Assembly (NCBI GenBank): GCA_965223415.1
Contig: OZ245002.1
Location: forward strand, 2,048,001-2,112,000
DNA length: 64,000 nt
From: Myxococcota bacterium
GTDB taxonomy: Bacteria; Myxococcota_A; UBA9160; UBA6930
Direction: 5' to 3'
Every line of letters starts with the position of its first letter. Position 1 is the stretch's first letter. This document shows, piece after piece, positions 38,064-48,361 of this stretch. Both the position numbers and the translations under genes were made by a program. The notes below the pieces were generated by a model, which was not told the origin of the DNA, did not search any database, and saw only the letters and a list, made by a program, of their open reading frames with translations.

Positions 38064-38745
38064 CTGGTCACGCACCTCCTCTTCGATTTCTTCGGCACCC
38101 TCGTCGGCTACTCGCCGAGCCGGACGGAGCAGGGTTTCGCGCGAACTCACGCGCTCCTACGAGAGGCCGGCGTGGCGCGCGGATACGAGGCGTTCCTCAC
38201 CCTCTGGGTGCAGGCGTCGGAGGATCTCGGGCGTCAGGCGGCACGCGACCACCGGGAGTACTCGATGATCGAGCTGGGCCGGGAGTTCACCCGGCGCGCG
38301 ACGGGAAGGCAGGACGATACGCTGGCCCGGTCGCTCGCAGCGACCTATGTCTCGGAATGGAACCGAGGCGTCTCGTACCTCGAAGGCCTGCCGGCTCTCC
38401 TCGACCGCCTGAGCGAGGAGTTCGTCCTCGCCGTCGTCACCAACAGCCACGATCCGGCGCTTGTGCCCGGTCACCTCGAGCGCATGGGCGTCGCGAATCG
38501 CTTCGAATGGGTGGTCACGTCCGTGGAGCACGGGCGACGAAAGCCCAGCCCCTCGATCTTCAGGCACGTGCTGGACGAAGTGGGCGCGGGAGCCGAGGCG
38601 TGCCTCTTCGTCGGTGACGACTACCATGCCGACTATCAGGGTGCGCGGGCCGCGGGTCTTGGGGCCCTCCTGATCGATCCGGACGCGCACGCGTCGGTTC
38701 CGCCCGACGCCCGCCTCGATTCGATCTTGGAGCTGGGCGGCCTGA
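38064..38745 (+). CDS. HAD family hydrolase (probable CTG start; no stop at natural end, frame reads on to 39227)
   Basis: LLFDFFGTLV, VTNS, RKPSPSIF, FVGDD...DYQGA. Confidence 0.75.
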
Positions 38746-38767
38746 TACCTCCAGAGGGAGAACGACG

Positions 38768-39334
38768 ATGCTTCGCGGTTCGTGCGCATGCGGGAAGGTT
38801 CGCTACGAGCTCCGCGGTGAGCTGGTCGGGCCCGTCGGTCACTGCCACTGCTGGCAGTGCCGGAAGCACTCCGGAGCCAGCTTCGGGACGACGAGTGCGA
38901 TCAAGGCGGAGGAGCTTCGCTTCGTGGAAGGGGAGGAGCGGCTCTCGAGCTGGGAATCGAGTCCCGGCACGACGGCGGCTGTCGCGCGGATTCGCGCGGT
39001 GGGCCGCGGCGAGATCAGCGAGGACTCCTACCGGCTCTTCGAGGGGGGATCGCGCCCGGAGCTCGACGCGAAGCTCACCGGACACGACGCGAACCTGCTG
39101 GAGCTTCCCGTTCTGTTCTACGCCGTGGGTCTCGGCATCTTCGCCGCCGGGCGGGTCGACGCCGTGTTCGTCGGGCTGTGCAGGGCCTACGTCGCGGTCC
39201 GCTTCGTCCACGCGACGGTGCACCTGACCGGAAATCGCCCGGCGCACCGGGCCGCGGTGTTCGGCACCGGCGTGATCCTGCTCGTGGTGATCTGGGTCCG
39301 CCTCCTCATCCTCCTGTCCGGCGGCGGGAGCTGA
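38768..39334 (+). pseudogene. In-frame chimera: GFA N-terminus fused to MAPEG C-terminus
   Basis: GSCACG...CHCWQCRK...ESSPG, then NLLELPVLFY...RFVHATVH; distal GFA CxxC absent. Confidence 0.75.
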
Positions 39335-39335
39335 G

Positions 39336-39662
39336 GTGGTTGCCAAGGACACGGACGAACTGGTCCTGGAGGTGGCGGTCCTCCAGGTACGCCCCGGCGA
39401 AGCGGAGCGCTTCGAGGAGGCCTTCTGCGAGGCCCAGGAGATCCTCGCCTCTGCGGGCGGGTACCGGGGCCACGAGCTGCGCAGCTGCGTGGGGGCGGCG
39501 AACCGCTACCTGCTGCTCGTCTGGTGGGACGACCTCGAATCGCACACCGAGGGCTTTCGCGGCTCTCCTGACTACGAGCGTTGGAAGGACCTGCTCCACC
39601 GGTTCTACGATCCGTTCCCGCAGGTCGAACACTACCGCTCGCGCTTTCGGAGGACGCCATGA
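39336..39662 (+). CDS. Antibiotic biosynthesis monooxygenase family
   Basis: LEVAVL.V.PG....FE...HTEGFRGS...LLHRFYDPFP.VEHY. Confidence 0.88.
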   Translation: MVAKDTDELVLEVAVLQVRPGEAERFEEAFCEAQEILASAGGYRGHELRSCVGAANRYLLLVWWDDLESHTEGFRGSPDYERWKDLLHRFYDPFPQVEHYRSRFRRTP

Positions 39663-40021
39663 TCGAGACCCACGGCCTGACGCACATCAGCCTGTCCGTC
39701 GAAGACCCCGACCGTTCGCTCGCCTTCTACCAGGCCCTGTTCGGGGTTCGCGAGTGCCACCGCGAGGAGAACAGCATCCAGGTGCAGGGCCCCGGACCCC
39801 ACGACATCCTGGTGTTCGAGCGGCGCGCCAGCCACGGCCAGCCCGGCGGCATCGACCACTTCGGTTTTCGGCTCCGGGATCCGGGCCAGATCGGCGAGGC
39901 GGTCCGCCAGGCCGAGGCGGCCGGCGCGAAGATCCTCCGTCACGGGGAGTTCGAGCCGGGCATGCCCTACCTCTACTTGGAGGACCCGGACGGCTACGTC
40001 ATCGAGATCTGGTACGAGTAG
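39659..40021 (+). CDS. VOC family protein
   Basis: LTHISLSV.D..RS..FY...HFGF...DPDGYVIEIW. Confidence 0.88.
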   Translation: MIETHGLTHISLSVEDPDRSLAFYQALFGVRECHREENSIQVQGPGPHDILVFERRASHGQPGGIDHFGFRLRDPGQIGEAVRQAEAAGAKILRHGEFEPGMPYLYLEDPDGYVIEIWYE

Positions 40022-40564
40022 TCAGACCGGCTCGAGGGGCTCCGGCGGCCCATCCGGAAGGGCGACGTGGATCGGATGCCCCGCCTTCACGTCGCCGCCG
40101 GCGACGACGATCGCCATCACGCCGGCCTTTCGCACGAGTCGGCCCCCGGCATTCCGATCGAGGGTGGCGGCCATCAGCCCGGGCGCGATCTCGTCGAGCT
40201 GGGCGCAGGGGTTGCGCAAGCCCGTCACCTCGACGACGGCGTCCTCGCCGAGGCGCAGGCGCGTGCCGCGGGGGAGGGCGAGCAGGTCGAGGCCGCGGGT
40301 CGTGACGTTCTCGCCCAGGAGGCCGGGCGCCACCTCGAAGCCGGCGGCGCGCAGCTCGAGCAGGAGCTCCTCGTGCAGGAGGTGCACCTGGCGAAGGTTC
40401 GGCTGGGTGGGGTCGCGAGCCACCCGCGAGCGATGCCGGACGGTGAAACCGAAGTGGGCGTCGCCCTCGACGCCCCGGCCCCGGGCGAGTCGGATGCCGA
40501 CCCGGATGGGCTTGTCCACTCCGTGGCTCGCGCTGCTGCTCACCGAGACGACGAAGGCACTCAC
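40022..40564 (-). CDS. MOSC domain protein
   Basis: GVEGDAH, RQVHL, GENVTT, RNPCAQL. Confidence 0.88.
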   Translation of the reverse strand: MSAFVVSVSSSASHGVDKPIRVGIRLARGRGVEGDAHFGFTVRHRSRVARDPTQPNLRQVHLLHEELLLELRAAGFEVAPGLLGENVTTRGLDLLALPRGTRLRLGEDAVVEVTGLRNPCAQLDEIAPGLMAATLDRNAGGRLVRKAGVMAIVVAGGDVKAGHPIHVALPDGPPEPLEPV

Positions 40565-40823
40565 GCACGCGAGTGTAGGGAACCCGCGTGATACGATGGC
40601 GGCATGGCGGCACCGCCGGGGAGCTGACAACAGCTGGAGCGCCGGGCACCGGAGCTGGCCCGGGCTGCTCGGCGCCTGGTCTGGCGGGATCGTCCCCGAC
40701 ACCGCGAGGCCCAGGAGGCCGGACGCGATCGCTTCTACGAGGGGTACCTCTCCACGTGGTCGACCCGGTCCGGGAGAGCTCCTTCCGCCGCTGAGGGTGG
40801 TACGATTTCGGCGAGGAGGCCCG

Positions 40824-41312
40824 ATGAACGAGCTCGAGGAGATCGCCCCCGCCTTCGTGGAGATGGCGCACCAGATCGTCTGGTGCAGCGCCGCCACGGT
40901 CGATCGGGAGGGTCGCCCGCGCTCCCGGGTGCTCCATCCGATCTGGGACTGGGACGGCCGCGAGCTGGTCGGCTGGATCGGCACCGGGCCGACCCCGACC
41001 AAGCGTGCCCACCTGGAGAAGAGCCCTCACCTGTCCCTCAACTACTGGGCCCCGACCCAGGACACCTGTGTCGCCGAGTGCCGGGCGAGCTGGGCCTTCG
41101 ACCACGAGACGCGCACGCGGGTCTGGGACCTGCTGAAGAACGCGCCATCTCCCGTGGGCTACGACCCGGCCATCATCCCCGGCTGGGACGATCCCACCTG
41201 CGACGCCTTCGCCGCGCTGCGGCTCGAGCCCTGGCGCTTGCGGGTCTTTCCTGGGACGGTGCTGATCGGCCAGGGCGGAGACGTCCTCACCTGGCAGGAG
41301 GGCGGCCGCTGA
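40824..41312 (+). CDS. Pyridoxamine 5'-phosphate oxidase-like protein
   Basis: [15 protein letters not shown]...K..HL...P. Confidence 0.82.
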   Translation: MNELEEIAPAFVEMAHQIVWCSAATVDREGRPRSRVLHPIWDWDGRELVGWIGTGPTPTKRAHLEKSPHLSLNYWAPTQDTCVAECRASWAFDHETRTRVWDLLKNAPSPVGYDPAIIPGWDDPTCDAFAALRLEPWRLRVFPGTVLIGQGGDVLTWQEGGR

Positions 41313-41782
41313 GCACGATCCGCGCCGAGCGCCTCACCGCGGACATCGACGACGAGGTCGTCGTGTTCCTGATCGGCATGCGCATCAACAAGCGCTGGAA
41401 GGTTCACAAGTGGCTCCCGGTGGCGCGAGCGATGGGCCGCATGATCGCCGAGATCGAGGCGGATCCGGAATCGGGCTTCCTCGGCGTGGAGAGCTGGAAG
41501 GGCAATCCTTCGGTCATGGTCCAGTACTGGCGATCCTTCGAGCATCTCGAGCGCTACGCCGTCGACAAGGCCCGTGAGCACCAGCCGGCCTGGGCCGCCT
41601 TCAACAAGGCGGTGGGCTCGAACGGGGACGTCGGCATCTGGCACGAGACCTATCGCGTTCGCGTGGGCGACTACGAGTGCGTCTACAACAACATGCCCCT
41701 CTTCGGCCTGGCCAGGGCCACGCGGGCCGTACCCGCGACCGGTCGGTGGGAATCGGCGCCGCGCCGCATGGCGGGTGCGTGA
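41309..41782 (+). CDS. DUF4188 family protein (probable CTG start)
   Basis: [26 protein letters not shown]. Confidence 0.82.
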   Translation: MSTIRAERLTADIDDEVVVFLIGMRINKRWKVHKWLPVARAMGRMIAEIEADPESGFLGVESWKGNPSVMVQYWRSFEHLERYAVDKAREHQPAWAAFNKAVGSNGDVGIWHETYRVRVGDYECVYNNMPLFGLARATRAVPATGRWESAPRRMAGA

Positions 41783-42297
41783 ACGTGTCCCGAAGCCACC
41801 TGCTCGTATTCGCGCTGCTGGCATTCGGCTCGGTGGGTTGCGACCACGCGACGAAGCAGCTGGCCCAGGAGACCCTGGCCGGGGTCGCACCGATCTCGCT
41901 CGTCGGCGACACCCTGCGCTTCGAGCTCGCGGAGAACCACGGCGCTTTCCTGAGCCTGGGCGAGGGGCTTCCGCCCGCCCTTCGCAGCGCACTCCTGATC
42001 GGCGGCGTGCCGATCCTGCTCGCCTTGGTGGTGGGCATCGCCCTCCGCCGCGGGCCGGGCTCCCACGCCGAGCTGGGCGGCCTGGCCCTGATCACCGGTG
42101 GCGGTCTCGCCAACTGGCTCGACCGGCTCCTCCACGATGGCGCCGTCACCGACTTCGTGAGCATCGGTGTCCCGGGCCTGCGCACGGGCATCTTCAACCT
42201 GGCCGACGTCGTGATCGTGTTGGGGTTCCTACTCTTCGCCTTCGGAGGGCATCGCGAGCACGCGGACGAAGGAGCCGAATCCGTGGAGGAAACATGA
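41779..42297 (+). CDS. lspA: Lipoprotein signal peptidase II
   Basis: [20 protein letters not shown]...VTDF, FNLAD. Confidence 0.88.
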   Translation: MNVSRSHLLVFALLAFGSVGCDHATKQLAQETLAGVAPISLVGDTLRFELAENHGAFLSLGEGLPPALRSALLIGGVPILLALVVGIALRRGPGSHAELGGLALITGGGLANWLDRLLHDGAVTDFVSIGVPGLRTGIFNLADVVIVLGFLLFAFGGHREHADEGAESVEET

Positions 42298-42677
42298 ACG
42301 ACATCGATCTCCTGGCCGTGCTGGTCGCATCGGTGGCCAGCTTCGCCTTCGGTGCCCTGTGGTACTCGAAGCCCCTCTTCCTCGATAGCTGGATCGCCGC
42401 CAACGAGGCGGAGCCGGAGCCGAGCCCGCCGGTCTTCGCATTGGGCTTCGCCGCCACGCTGGTCTCGGCGACCGCGTTCGCCGTGTGGCTCGGCGAGAGC
42501 CCGGGCCTGGGCGAGGCGGTGATCCAGGGCCTGGTGGTCGGCGGCTGCCTGGTCGCGGCCAGCCTGGGCATCAACTACCCGTTCGCCGGGCGCAGCCCGC
42601 TGCTGTGGCTGATCGATGGCGGCTTCCACACCGCGCGCTTCGCCCTGATCGGCGCGGTCCTCGCCCTGTGGCCGTGA
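42294..42677 (+). CDS. DUF1761 membrane protein
   Basis: FGALWYS..LF...W; LWLIDGGFH. Confidence 0.82.
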   Translation: MNDIDLLAVLVASVASFAFGALWYSKPLFLDSWIAANEAEPEPSPPVFALGFAATLVSATAFAVWLGESPGLGEAVIQGLVVGGCLVAASLGINYPFAGRSPLLWLIDGGFHTARFALIGAVLALWP

Positions 42678-43105
42678 TGCCGACGCGCGAGCAGCTTCTC
42701 CATTGGGCGCGCGGCTACGTCGCCCTCTGGAACGAAGGGGACAAGGACGCGTGGGTCGAGAACTGGCGGACGGTCCTGTCCGGCGATGTCCGGATGCTCG
42801 ATCCGGTCGGGACGCCGGAGAAGAAGGGCTTCCAGGAGTGCTGCCTCGACGCCTGGGACCTCTTCCAGCCGAGGGTCCGCTTCCGGATTCCGCCGGGGCA
42901 GCTCTTCATTTGCGACAACGAGGTCGCCTGGCTGCTCGAGAACCACATCACGACCGACGGCAAGGAGAGCCTCGCCTACAGCATCGAGACCTACCGCTTC
43001 GAGCCGGACGGCTCGGTCCTGATTCGCACCTACTACCGGGTGCCGGACCATTCGGCGGGAGAGCTGGGCGAGATGTTCCAGACGTACCTGCCCGAGGGAG
43101 GCTAG
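42677..43105 (+). CDS. SnoaL/NTF2-like protein
   Basis: YV..WN.GD..AW...DPVGTP..G. Confidence 0.75.
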   Translation: MPTREQLLHWARGYVALWNEGDKDAWVENWRTVLSGDVRMLDPVGTPEKKGFQECCLDAWDLFQPRVRFRIPPGQLFICDNEVAWLLENHITTDGKESLAYSIETYRFEPDGSVLIRTYYRVPDHSAGELGEMFQTYLPEGG

Positions 43106-43704
43106 TCGGCCATCGCTCGCTGAAGGGCGGGGCGGGCCTCGAGGCGCTCGAGATACCCGGTGAGCTTCGGATGCCCGCCGAGCACGCCGACGAAGCGGGC
43201 GATTGCGAGGGTGAAGCCGGTCATGATGTCGGCGCCGCTGAAGTCGTCACCGAGGAGCCAGGGGCCATCACCCAGCCCGTCCTCGAGGAACCGCAGCGCG
43301 GAGCCGGCACGACCGCGAGCGTCCTCCATCACTTCGGGAACTCGCTCGTGATCGCCCCGGTAGAAGACGTGCCAGATGAGGGTGCCGAGGGGCGGGTAGG
43401 CGGTGCCCTCGGAGTAGTGGACCCACTGCAGGAAGCGCCCCCGCTCCGGCGAGCCGGGCGGCGGCGCCAGGCGGCCCTCGCCGTAGCGCTCCAAGACGTA
43501 CTCGAGGATCGCGCCGGACTCGCAGAAGGTGGCGTCGTCGTCGACCAGTACCGGAAACTTGCCCGTCGGCGTGCCCTGGCTGAAGAAGCCGCCGGAGGGC
43601 GGTTGGAAGGGGCGCCTCTCCAGGCGATGGGGCAGCTCGAGCTCTTCGAGGAGCCAGCGGATGCGGACCGAGCGGGTGCGCGGCGCGTGGTAGAGGGTGA
43701 GCAT
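43102..43704 (-). CDS. Glutathione S-transferase
   Basis: TRSVRIRWLLEEL, GKFPVL, ESGAI, FSGADI. Confidence 0.92.
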   Translation of the reverse strand: MLTLYHAPRTRSVRIRWLLEELELPHRLERRPFQPPSGGFFSQGTPTGKFPVLVDDDATFCESGAILEYVLERYGEGRLAPPPGSPERGRFLQWVHYSEGTAYPPLGTLIWHVFYRGDHERVPEVMEDARGRAGSALRFLEDGLGDGPWLLGDDFSGADIMTGFTLAIARFVGVLGGHPKLTGYLERLEARPALQRAMAD

Positions 43705-43777
43705 GTCCCTGCTGTAGTCCAGGAGCGGGGGCCCGGGCAAGCCGTGGTAGCCTCGCATCCTCTCGAAGGAGGCGATC

Positions 43778-44182
43778 ATGGCCAAGGAGCACCTGCAGCC
43801 CCCGGATCTCTTCGCCAGCGAGAAGCTGGGCTTCACCCAGGTGGTGACGTCGCCGCCCGGCAAGCTGGTCTTCGTGTCGGGGCAGACGGCCTGGAACGAG
43901 AAGATGGAGGTGGAGGGCGGCGACGACCTGCAGGAGCAGACGGGGCACGCCCTCGAGAACCTGCGGCGCGCCCTGGCCGCGGCCGGCGCCGGCCCCGCCG
44001 ACCTGACCAGCCTTCGCCTCTACATCGTCGATTACACGCCGGAGGACATGCGCGCGATCGGTCGCCCGCTGGCGGCGTTCCTCGAGGGTGTGAAGCCGCC
44101 GGCCCAGACGCTCCTGGGCGTGCAGGCCCTGGCGCTGCCCGACCTGCGGATCGAGATCGAGGCAACGGCGCTGGTCGAATGA
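43778..44182 (+). CDS. RidA family protein
   Basis: VFVSGQ, PAQTLLGV..L...IEIEA. Confidence 0.88.
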   Translation: MAKEHLQPPDLFASEKLGFTQVVTSPPGKLVFVSGQTAWNEKMEVEGGDDLQEQTGHALENLRRALAAAGAGPADLTSLRLYIVDYTPEDMRAIGRPLAAFLEGVKPPAQTLLGVQALALPDLRIEIEATALVE

Positions 44183-44421
44183 TGCGCATCCGCCTCTCGG
44201 ACGAGCGGCGTTCCGCACTGATCGAGGTCACCCAGGCCTTCTTCGCCGATCGCTTCGACGACGAGCTGAGCGAGTGGCAGGCGGGGCTGGTGCTCGACTT
44301 CTTCGCCGAGCGCTTGGGGCCGCAGGTCTACAACCAGGCAATCCGCGACGCGCACGGCTTCATGCAGGACAAGCTGGTCGATCTCGAAGGCGAGTTCTAC
44401 GAACCGGAAGAGGAGCAGTGA
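44179..44421 (+). CDS. DUF2164 family protein
   Basis: LDFF...LGP..YNQAI.DA. Confidence 0.82.
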   Translation: MMRIRLSDERRSALIEVTQAFFADRFDDELSEWQAGLVLDFFAERLGPQVYNQAIRDAHGFMQDKLVDLEGEFYEPEEEQ

Positions 44422-44819
44422 GGCTCGCCCTGGCCGGAGGGGCAGCGCTCATCCTCGGCTTCGTCGGCGTGACCTGGCTCGCTCTCGAGGCCTCTGAGGT
44501 GGCCGTGCTGGAGACCCGCGTGCCGGACGGCAGCGTTCGCCGTACCCACGTCTGGTTCGTGGAGCCGGACGGCGAGCTCTGGATCGAAGCGGGCACGCCC
44601 CAGAACCCGTGGCTGACGGACGTAGGCCGTGCTCCGGAGTTGCGCTTCGCGGCCGAGGACCGCGCCGGCCGCTACCGGGCGCGGGTGTTGGAGGGGCGCG
44701 AGCCCGCGCAGCGGGTGCGGAGGCTGCTGCGCGAGAAGTACGGCTGGCGAGACGCGTGGGTCGGCATGATGGTGGACGCCTCCCGGTCGATCGCGGTGCG
44801 GCTGGAGCCTCTTCCGTGA
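44418..44819 (+). CDS. Membrane-anchored split-barrel (nitroreductase-like) protein
   Basis: EVAVLET...T.VWFV...W...KYG; similar to 47915-48310. Confidence 0.6.
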   Translation: MRLALAGGAALILGFVGVTWLALEASEVAVLETRVPDGSVRRTHVWFVEPDGELWIEAGTPQNPWLTDVGRAPELRFAAEDRAGRYRARVLEGREPAQRVRRLLREKYGWRDAWVGMMVDASRSIAVRLEPLP

Positions 44820-45211
44820 ACGTCACGCACCGGGGCGGCTGCCACTGCGGGCGGGTACGCTTCGAGGTCGACGCGCCCGCGGACCTCGAGCTCCACGAGT
44901 GCAACTGCTCCATCTGCGGCAAGGTCGGTTACCTGCACCTGACCGTGCCCCGCAGCCGTTTCCGTCTCCTCTCCGGCGAGGAGGAGCTCACCGCCTATAC
45001 CTTCAACACGGGAGTGGCCCGCCACCTCTTCTGCTCGGTCTGCGGCGTGAAGTCCTTCTACGTGCCGCGCTCCCACCCGGCGGGCTACAGCGTGAACGGC
45101 CGCTGTCTCGATCCGGAGACGGTCGCGAGCCGCGCCGTCCTGCCCTTCGACGGCGCCGACTGGGAGGCTCACGTCGACGAGCTGCCGCCGCTCCCGGAGG
45201 ACGAGACCTGA
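44816..45211 (+). CDS. GFA family protein
   Basis: GGCHCG, CNCSIC, FCSVCG, PRSHP. Confidence 0.92.
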   Translation: MNVTHRGGCHCGRVRFEVDAPADLELHECNCSICGKVGYLHLTVPRSRFRLLSGEEELTAYTFNTGVARHLFCSVCGVKSFYVPRSHPAGYSVNGRCLDPETVASRAVLPFDGADWEAHVDELPPLPEDET

Positions 45212-45246
45212 CGCGATCGTACGGTGGCCCCTAGACTGGGGGCCCC

Positions 45247-45780
45247 TTGGACACGATTCCCGACGCCCTCCTCGACCGGCCCGTCACCGGCGCGAACCTC
45301 ATGCCGGGCCGGCTGCGCGACCAGCTGCACGGGCCGACCCTGCTCGTCTTCCTCCGCCACTTCGGCTGCATCTTCTGTCGCGAAGCCGTGGGAGACCTGC
45401 GCGCTGCCGTCGAGGGCGACGAGAGCTATCCGGACGTGATCTTCTTCGCCCAGGCGAGCCCGATCGAGGCGCGGGCCTTCCTGCGGCGCTACTGGCCGAC
45501 GGCCCGGGTGGTGTCGGATCCAGGGCTCTCCTTCTACGACGACTTCGGCGTGGGGCGCGCGAGCCTGCTGCAGTCGTTCTCGCCCCGGGTGTTCGCGGCC
45601 CAGCGCCGCGCCGCCGCCAAGGGCTACGAGAACGGGCCGCGAAGCGGTGACGTCTGGAGGATGCCGGCGGCCTTCGTCGTGGACGGCGAGCGCATCCTCT
45701 GGCGCTACGAGCCGCGCCATGCCGCGGACCATCCGGACTTCGCGTCGATTCCCGCTCAGCTGGCCGCGGCGCCCGCCTAG
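45247..45780 (+). CDS. Peroxiredoxin-like (AhpC/TSA) redox protein
   Basis: FLRHFGCIFCRE, SDP...Y, HAADHP. Confidence 0.8.
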   Translation: MDTIPDALLDRPVTGANLMPGRLRDQLHGPTLLVFLRHFGCIFCREAVGDLRAAVEGDESYPDVIFFAQASPIEARAFLRRYWPTARVVSDPGLSFYDDFGVGRASLLQSFSPRVFAAQRRAAAKGYENGPRSGDVWRMPAAFVVDGERILWRYEPRHAADHPDFASIPAQLAAAPA

Positions 45781-45782
45781 CG

Positions 45783-46412
45783 ATGGCCTTGGCGATCGGG
45801 GTCGGTGCCGCGGCGGTGGCGGCGCTCCTTGCGTCCCAACGCGCGGGCTTCCGCCCCGGCGTGGTCGTATCGAAGCTCCTGGCGGCCTCCGCGTTCGTCG
45901 CGGCCGCTCTCGGATGGGGAGCGCTGGCGACTCCGTACGGCCAGATGGTGCTCGCGGGTCTCGTCCTGTGCTGGCTGGGGGATGCGCTCCTGCTGCCGCT
46001 GGGGCAGAGCCGCTGGTTCCAGGCGGGCATCGGCGCGTTCCTGGCGGGTCACCTGGCCTATGCGGTCGCGTTCCTCCAGGGTCCGCTCTCCCCGCCGGCC
46101 CTGGTCCTGGCCGCGCTGGGCCTGGCGATCTTCGCGTGGTGGGTGCGGCGCTGGCTGGGTCCGCACCTCCCGGCCGAGTTCGAACTGCCGGTAACGGCCT
46201 ACCTGGCAGTCATCTCGGCGATGGTGGTGCTGGCCATCGCCTCCTCCGCGGCCACGGGCCGCCCGGAAGCCGCCGTCGGGGCCGTGGGGTTCGCGCTCTC
46301 GGACGTGTCCGTCGCGCGGGATCGCTTCGTGGCGCCTGGCTTCGTGAACGGCGCGTGGGGCCTGCCCCTCTACTTCGGCTCGCAGTTCCTGCTCGCGTCG
46401 ACGGTCGCCTGA
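45783..46412 (+). CDS. YhhN/lysoplasmalogenase family
   Basis: LGDALL, AFLAGHLAY, FALSD. Confidence 0.85.
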   Translation: MALAIGVGAAAVAALLASQRAGFRPGVVVSKLLAASAFVAAALGWGALATPYGQMVLAGLVLCWLGDALLLPLGQSRWFQAGIGAFLAGHLAYAVAFLQGPLSPPALVLAALGLAIFAWWVRRWLGPHLPAEFELPVTAYLAVISAMVVLAIASSAATGRPEAAVGAVGFALSDVSVARDRFVAPGFVNGAWGLPLYFGSQFLLASTVA

Positions 46413-46429
46413 GGTCTACCCTGGGAGAC

Positions 46430-46843
46430 GTGAGCGATCTGCGCGTGCGTCGAGAGGCCCTGGTCCGCCGGCACATGGAGGCGGAGAACGTCCACGACTT
46501 CGACGCGGTGATCGAGACCTTCGCCCGTCCGCGCTACGAGCTGATCGGAACCGATCGGGTGCACGACGGCGAGGCGGAGGTGCGGGCCTACTTCCGCGAG
46601 ACCCGCACCGCGTTTCCCGATCAGCGCAACGAGCTGATCGCCCTCCACCATGCCGACGACGCGGTGATCGCGGAGTTCTGGCTGCTGGGCACCCACGAAG
46701 GCCCCCTCGGCTCGCTCCCGCCGACCGGCCGCAGCTTCCGCTGCCGCATGACCGCCTTCTTCCTGTTCGAAGGCGAAGGCCTCGTCTGCGAGCGCGTCTA
46801 CTTCGACTCCGGAACCATCCTCCGCCAGCTCACCGGCTCCTGA
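46430..46843 (+). CDS. SnoaL-like ester cyclase
   Basis: AFPD, GTHEG...PPTGR, ERVYFD. Confidence 0.85.
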   Translation: MSDLRVRREALVRRHMEAENVHDFDAVIETFARPRYELIGTDRVHDGEAEVRAYFRETRTAFPDQRNELIALHHADDAVIAEFWLLGTHEGPLGSLPPTGRSFRCRMTAFFLFEGEGLVCERVYFDSGTILRQLTGS

Positions 46844-47286
46844 TGCGACGTCCAGCGGTAGAGGATGTCGGGCTCGCTCTCGGGCGGGGGGCTGGTGGCG
46901 AAGGCGATGGGGTGGAAGCCGAAGCGCTCGTAGAAGGCGCGGGCCCCGGTGTTGCGGCGGTGGGTGAAGAGCGTGAGCTCGGAAGGGGAGAGCTCGCGGG
47001 CCCTGGCGAGCAGCACGCGGCCGATTCCGGCGCTCTGGGCGGTGGGGTCGACGTAGAGGTGCTCGACGCGCACGCCCGCGAGTGCGAGGAAGCCCAGCAA
47101 TCTGCGGCCCCCCCGCGCTACCCACACGTCGCTCTCCCGTGCGATCACGTCGCGCATCTGGGCATGATCCTCGGCCGGGGTGTACCCCATGCGCTGCTCG
47201 AGCCAGGGCTGGGCACCCTCCCGGGAGCGGCGCCACAGGGCCGCAAGCTCCGCCGTGTCCGCCGAGTCGAGCGGCTCGAGCGTCAT
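46798..47286 (-). CDS. GNAT acetyltransferase
   Basis: LYVDP.AQSAGIG, N..A..FYERFGF. Confidence 0.88.
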   Translation of the reverse strand: MTLEPLDSADTAELAALWRRSREGAQPWLEQRMGYTPAEDHAQMRDVIARESDVWVARGGRRLLGFLALAGVRVEHLYVDPTAQSAGIGRVLLARARELSPSELTLFTHRRNTGARAFYERFGFHPIAFATSPPPESEPDILYRWTSHQEPVSWRRMVPESK

Positions 47287-47852
47287 GGCTCCGCGGACGT
47301 GATGCGCGGTGCGGTCCAACTCCGGTCCTCCTGCTCCGTGTCCTCCAGGGTACGCTGCTGCTCACGACCCAGCAGGGCGCGCTTCCGCCACACGCCGCCG
47401 ACGAAGCCCCCGAGCGAGCCGTCCCCGCGCACGACCCGGTGGCAGGGGACGAGGAGCGGTACCGGGTTCGTGGCGCAGGCGCTGCCCACCGCCCGGGCGG
47501 CGCCCGGCGCGCCGAGCGCTCGCGCCACCTCGCGATAGCTGCGCGTCTCGCCGCTGGGAATGCGGGTGAGCGCCTGCCAGACCCGACGCTGGAATCGGCT
47601 GCCGCGCACGTCCAGGGGAACGGTCTCCCGGGGTGGCCGGCCTCCCACGACGGCGAGCAGCGCGTCCATCCAGGGGCGCAGGCCTTCGGGATCGGGCCGG
47701 CGGCCCGCGCACGGGAACTCGCGCCGAAGCAGTTCGAGGAGCTCGGCCTCGTCCCGACCGAAGCGGACCAGGCACACACCGCGGCTCGAAGCGACGAGCA
47801 GCAGCTCGCCCAGATCGGTGCTCCGGGTGGCGTAGCGAAGGGAGGTGTCCAT
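47283..47852 (-). CDS. Methylated-DNA--protein-cysteine methyltransferase
   Basis: FQRRVW..L..IP.G...SY, RAVG.AC..NP, PCHRV. Confidence 0.93.
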   Translation of the reverse strand: MDTSLRYATRSTDLGELLLVASSRGVCLVRFGRDEAELLELLRREFPCAGRRPDPEGLRPWMDALLAVVGGRPPRETVPLDVRGSRFQRRVWQALTRIPSGETRSYREVARALGAPGAARAVGSACATNPVPLLVPCHRVVRGDGSLGGFVGGVWRKRALLGREQQRTLEDTEQEDRSWTAPRITSAEP

Positions 47853-47914
47853 GCCGTGGAGGATCGTCCCTGCCGAAGCCCGGGGCTGGCGGAATTCGGA
47901 CGTCTTCCTCGGGC

Positions 47915-48310
47915 TCAGCGCGGATCGAGCCGGACCGGAACCGCTTCGCGCCCGACGAGGAAGCGGACCCAGCGGTCGGCCAGGCCGTACTTCCCGGCCA
48001 TCAGGCCGAGCAGGCTCTCGCGTTCCGCCACGACCGGGACGGCGGTGTAGCTCGCCCACTCGCCCTCGATCTGCACCCGCACGGCAGGATCGCTGCGCAC
48101 GCGGGCGAGCCAGGCTGCGTCGCCGCTGCCGGCAAGGAGCCAGCGGCGGCCCTGGTGCCGGGCGAACCACAGGCGCGTCGTCTCGACCGCGCCGTTCCCG
48201 GCGCTCGTCTCCAGCACCGCGACCTCGCCGCTCTCCACGAGTGCGCAGTGGCCGAGGTAGGCGGCGCCGAGCAGCAGCAGGAGGGCCACGAGCACACGGG
48301 CGATCTTCAT
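47915..48310 (-). CDS. Membrane-anchored split-barrel (nitroreductase-like) protein
   Basis: EVAVLET...TRLWF...W..RV..DP...KYG. Confidence 0.6.
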   Translation of the reverse strand: MKIARVLVALLLLLGAAYLGHCALVESGEVAVLETSAGNGAVETTRLWFARHQGRRWLLAGSGDAAWLARVRSDPAVRVQIEGEWASYTAVPVVAERESLLGLMAGKYGLADRWVRFLVGREAVPVRLDPR

Positions 48311-48361
48311 GGGCGGCCTCCGGCGCGTTCCTCCACGGTAGCGCTGCGGTAGCGTGGTTCC

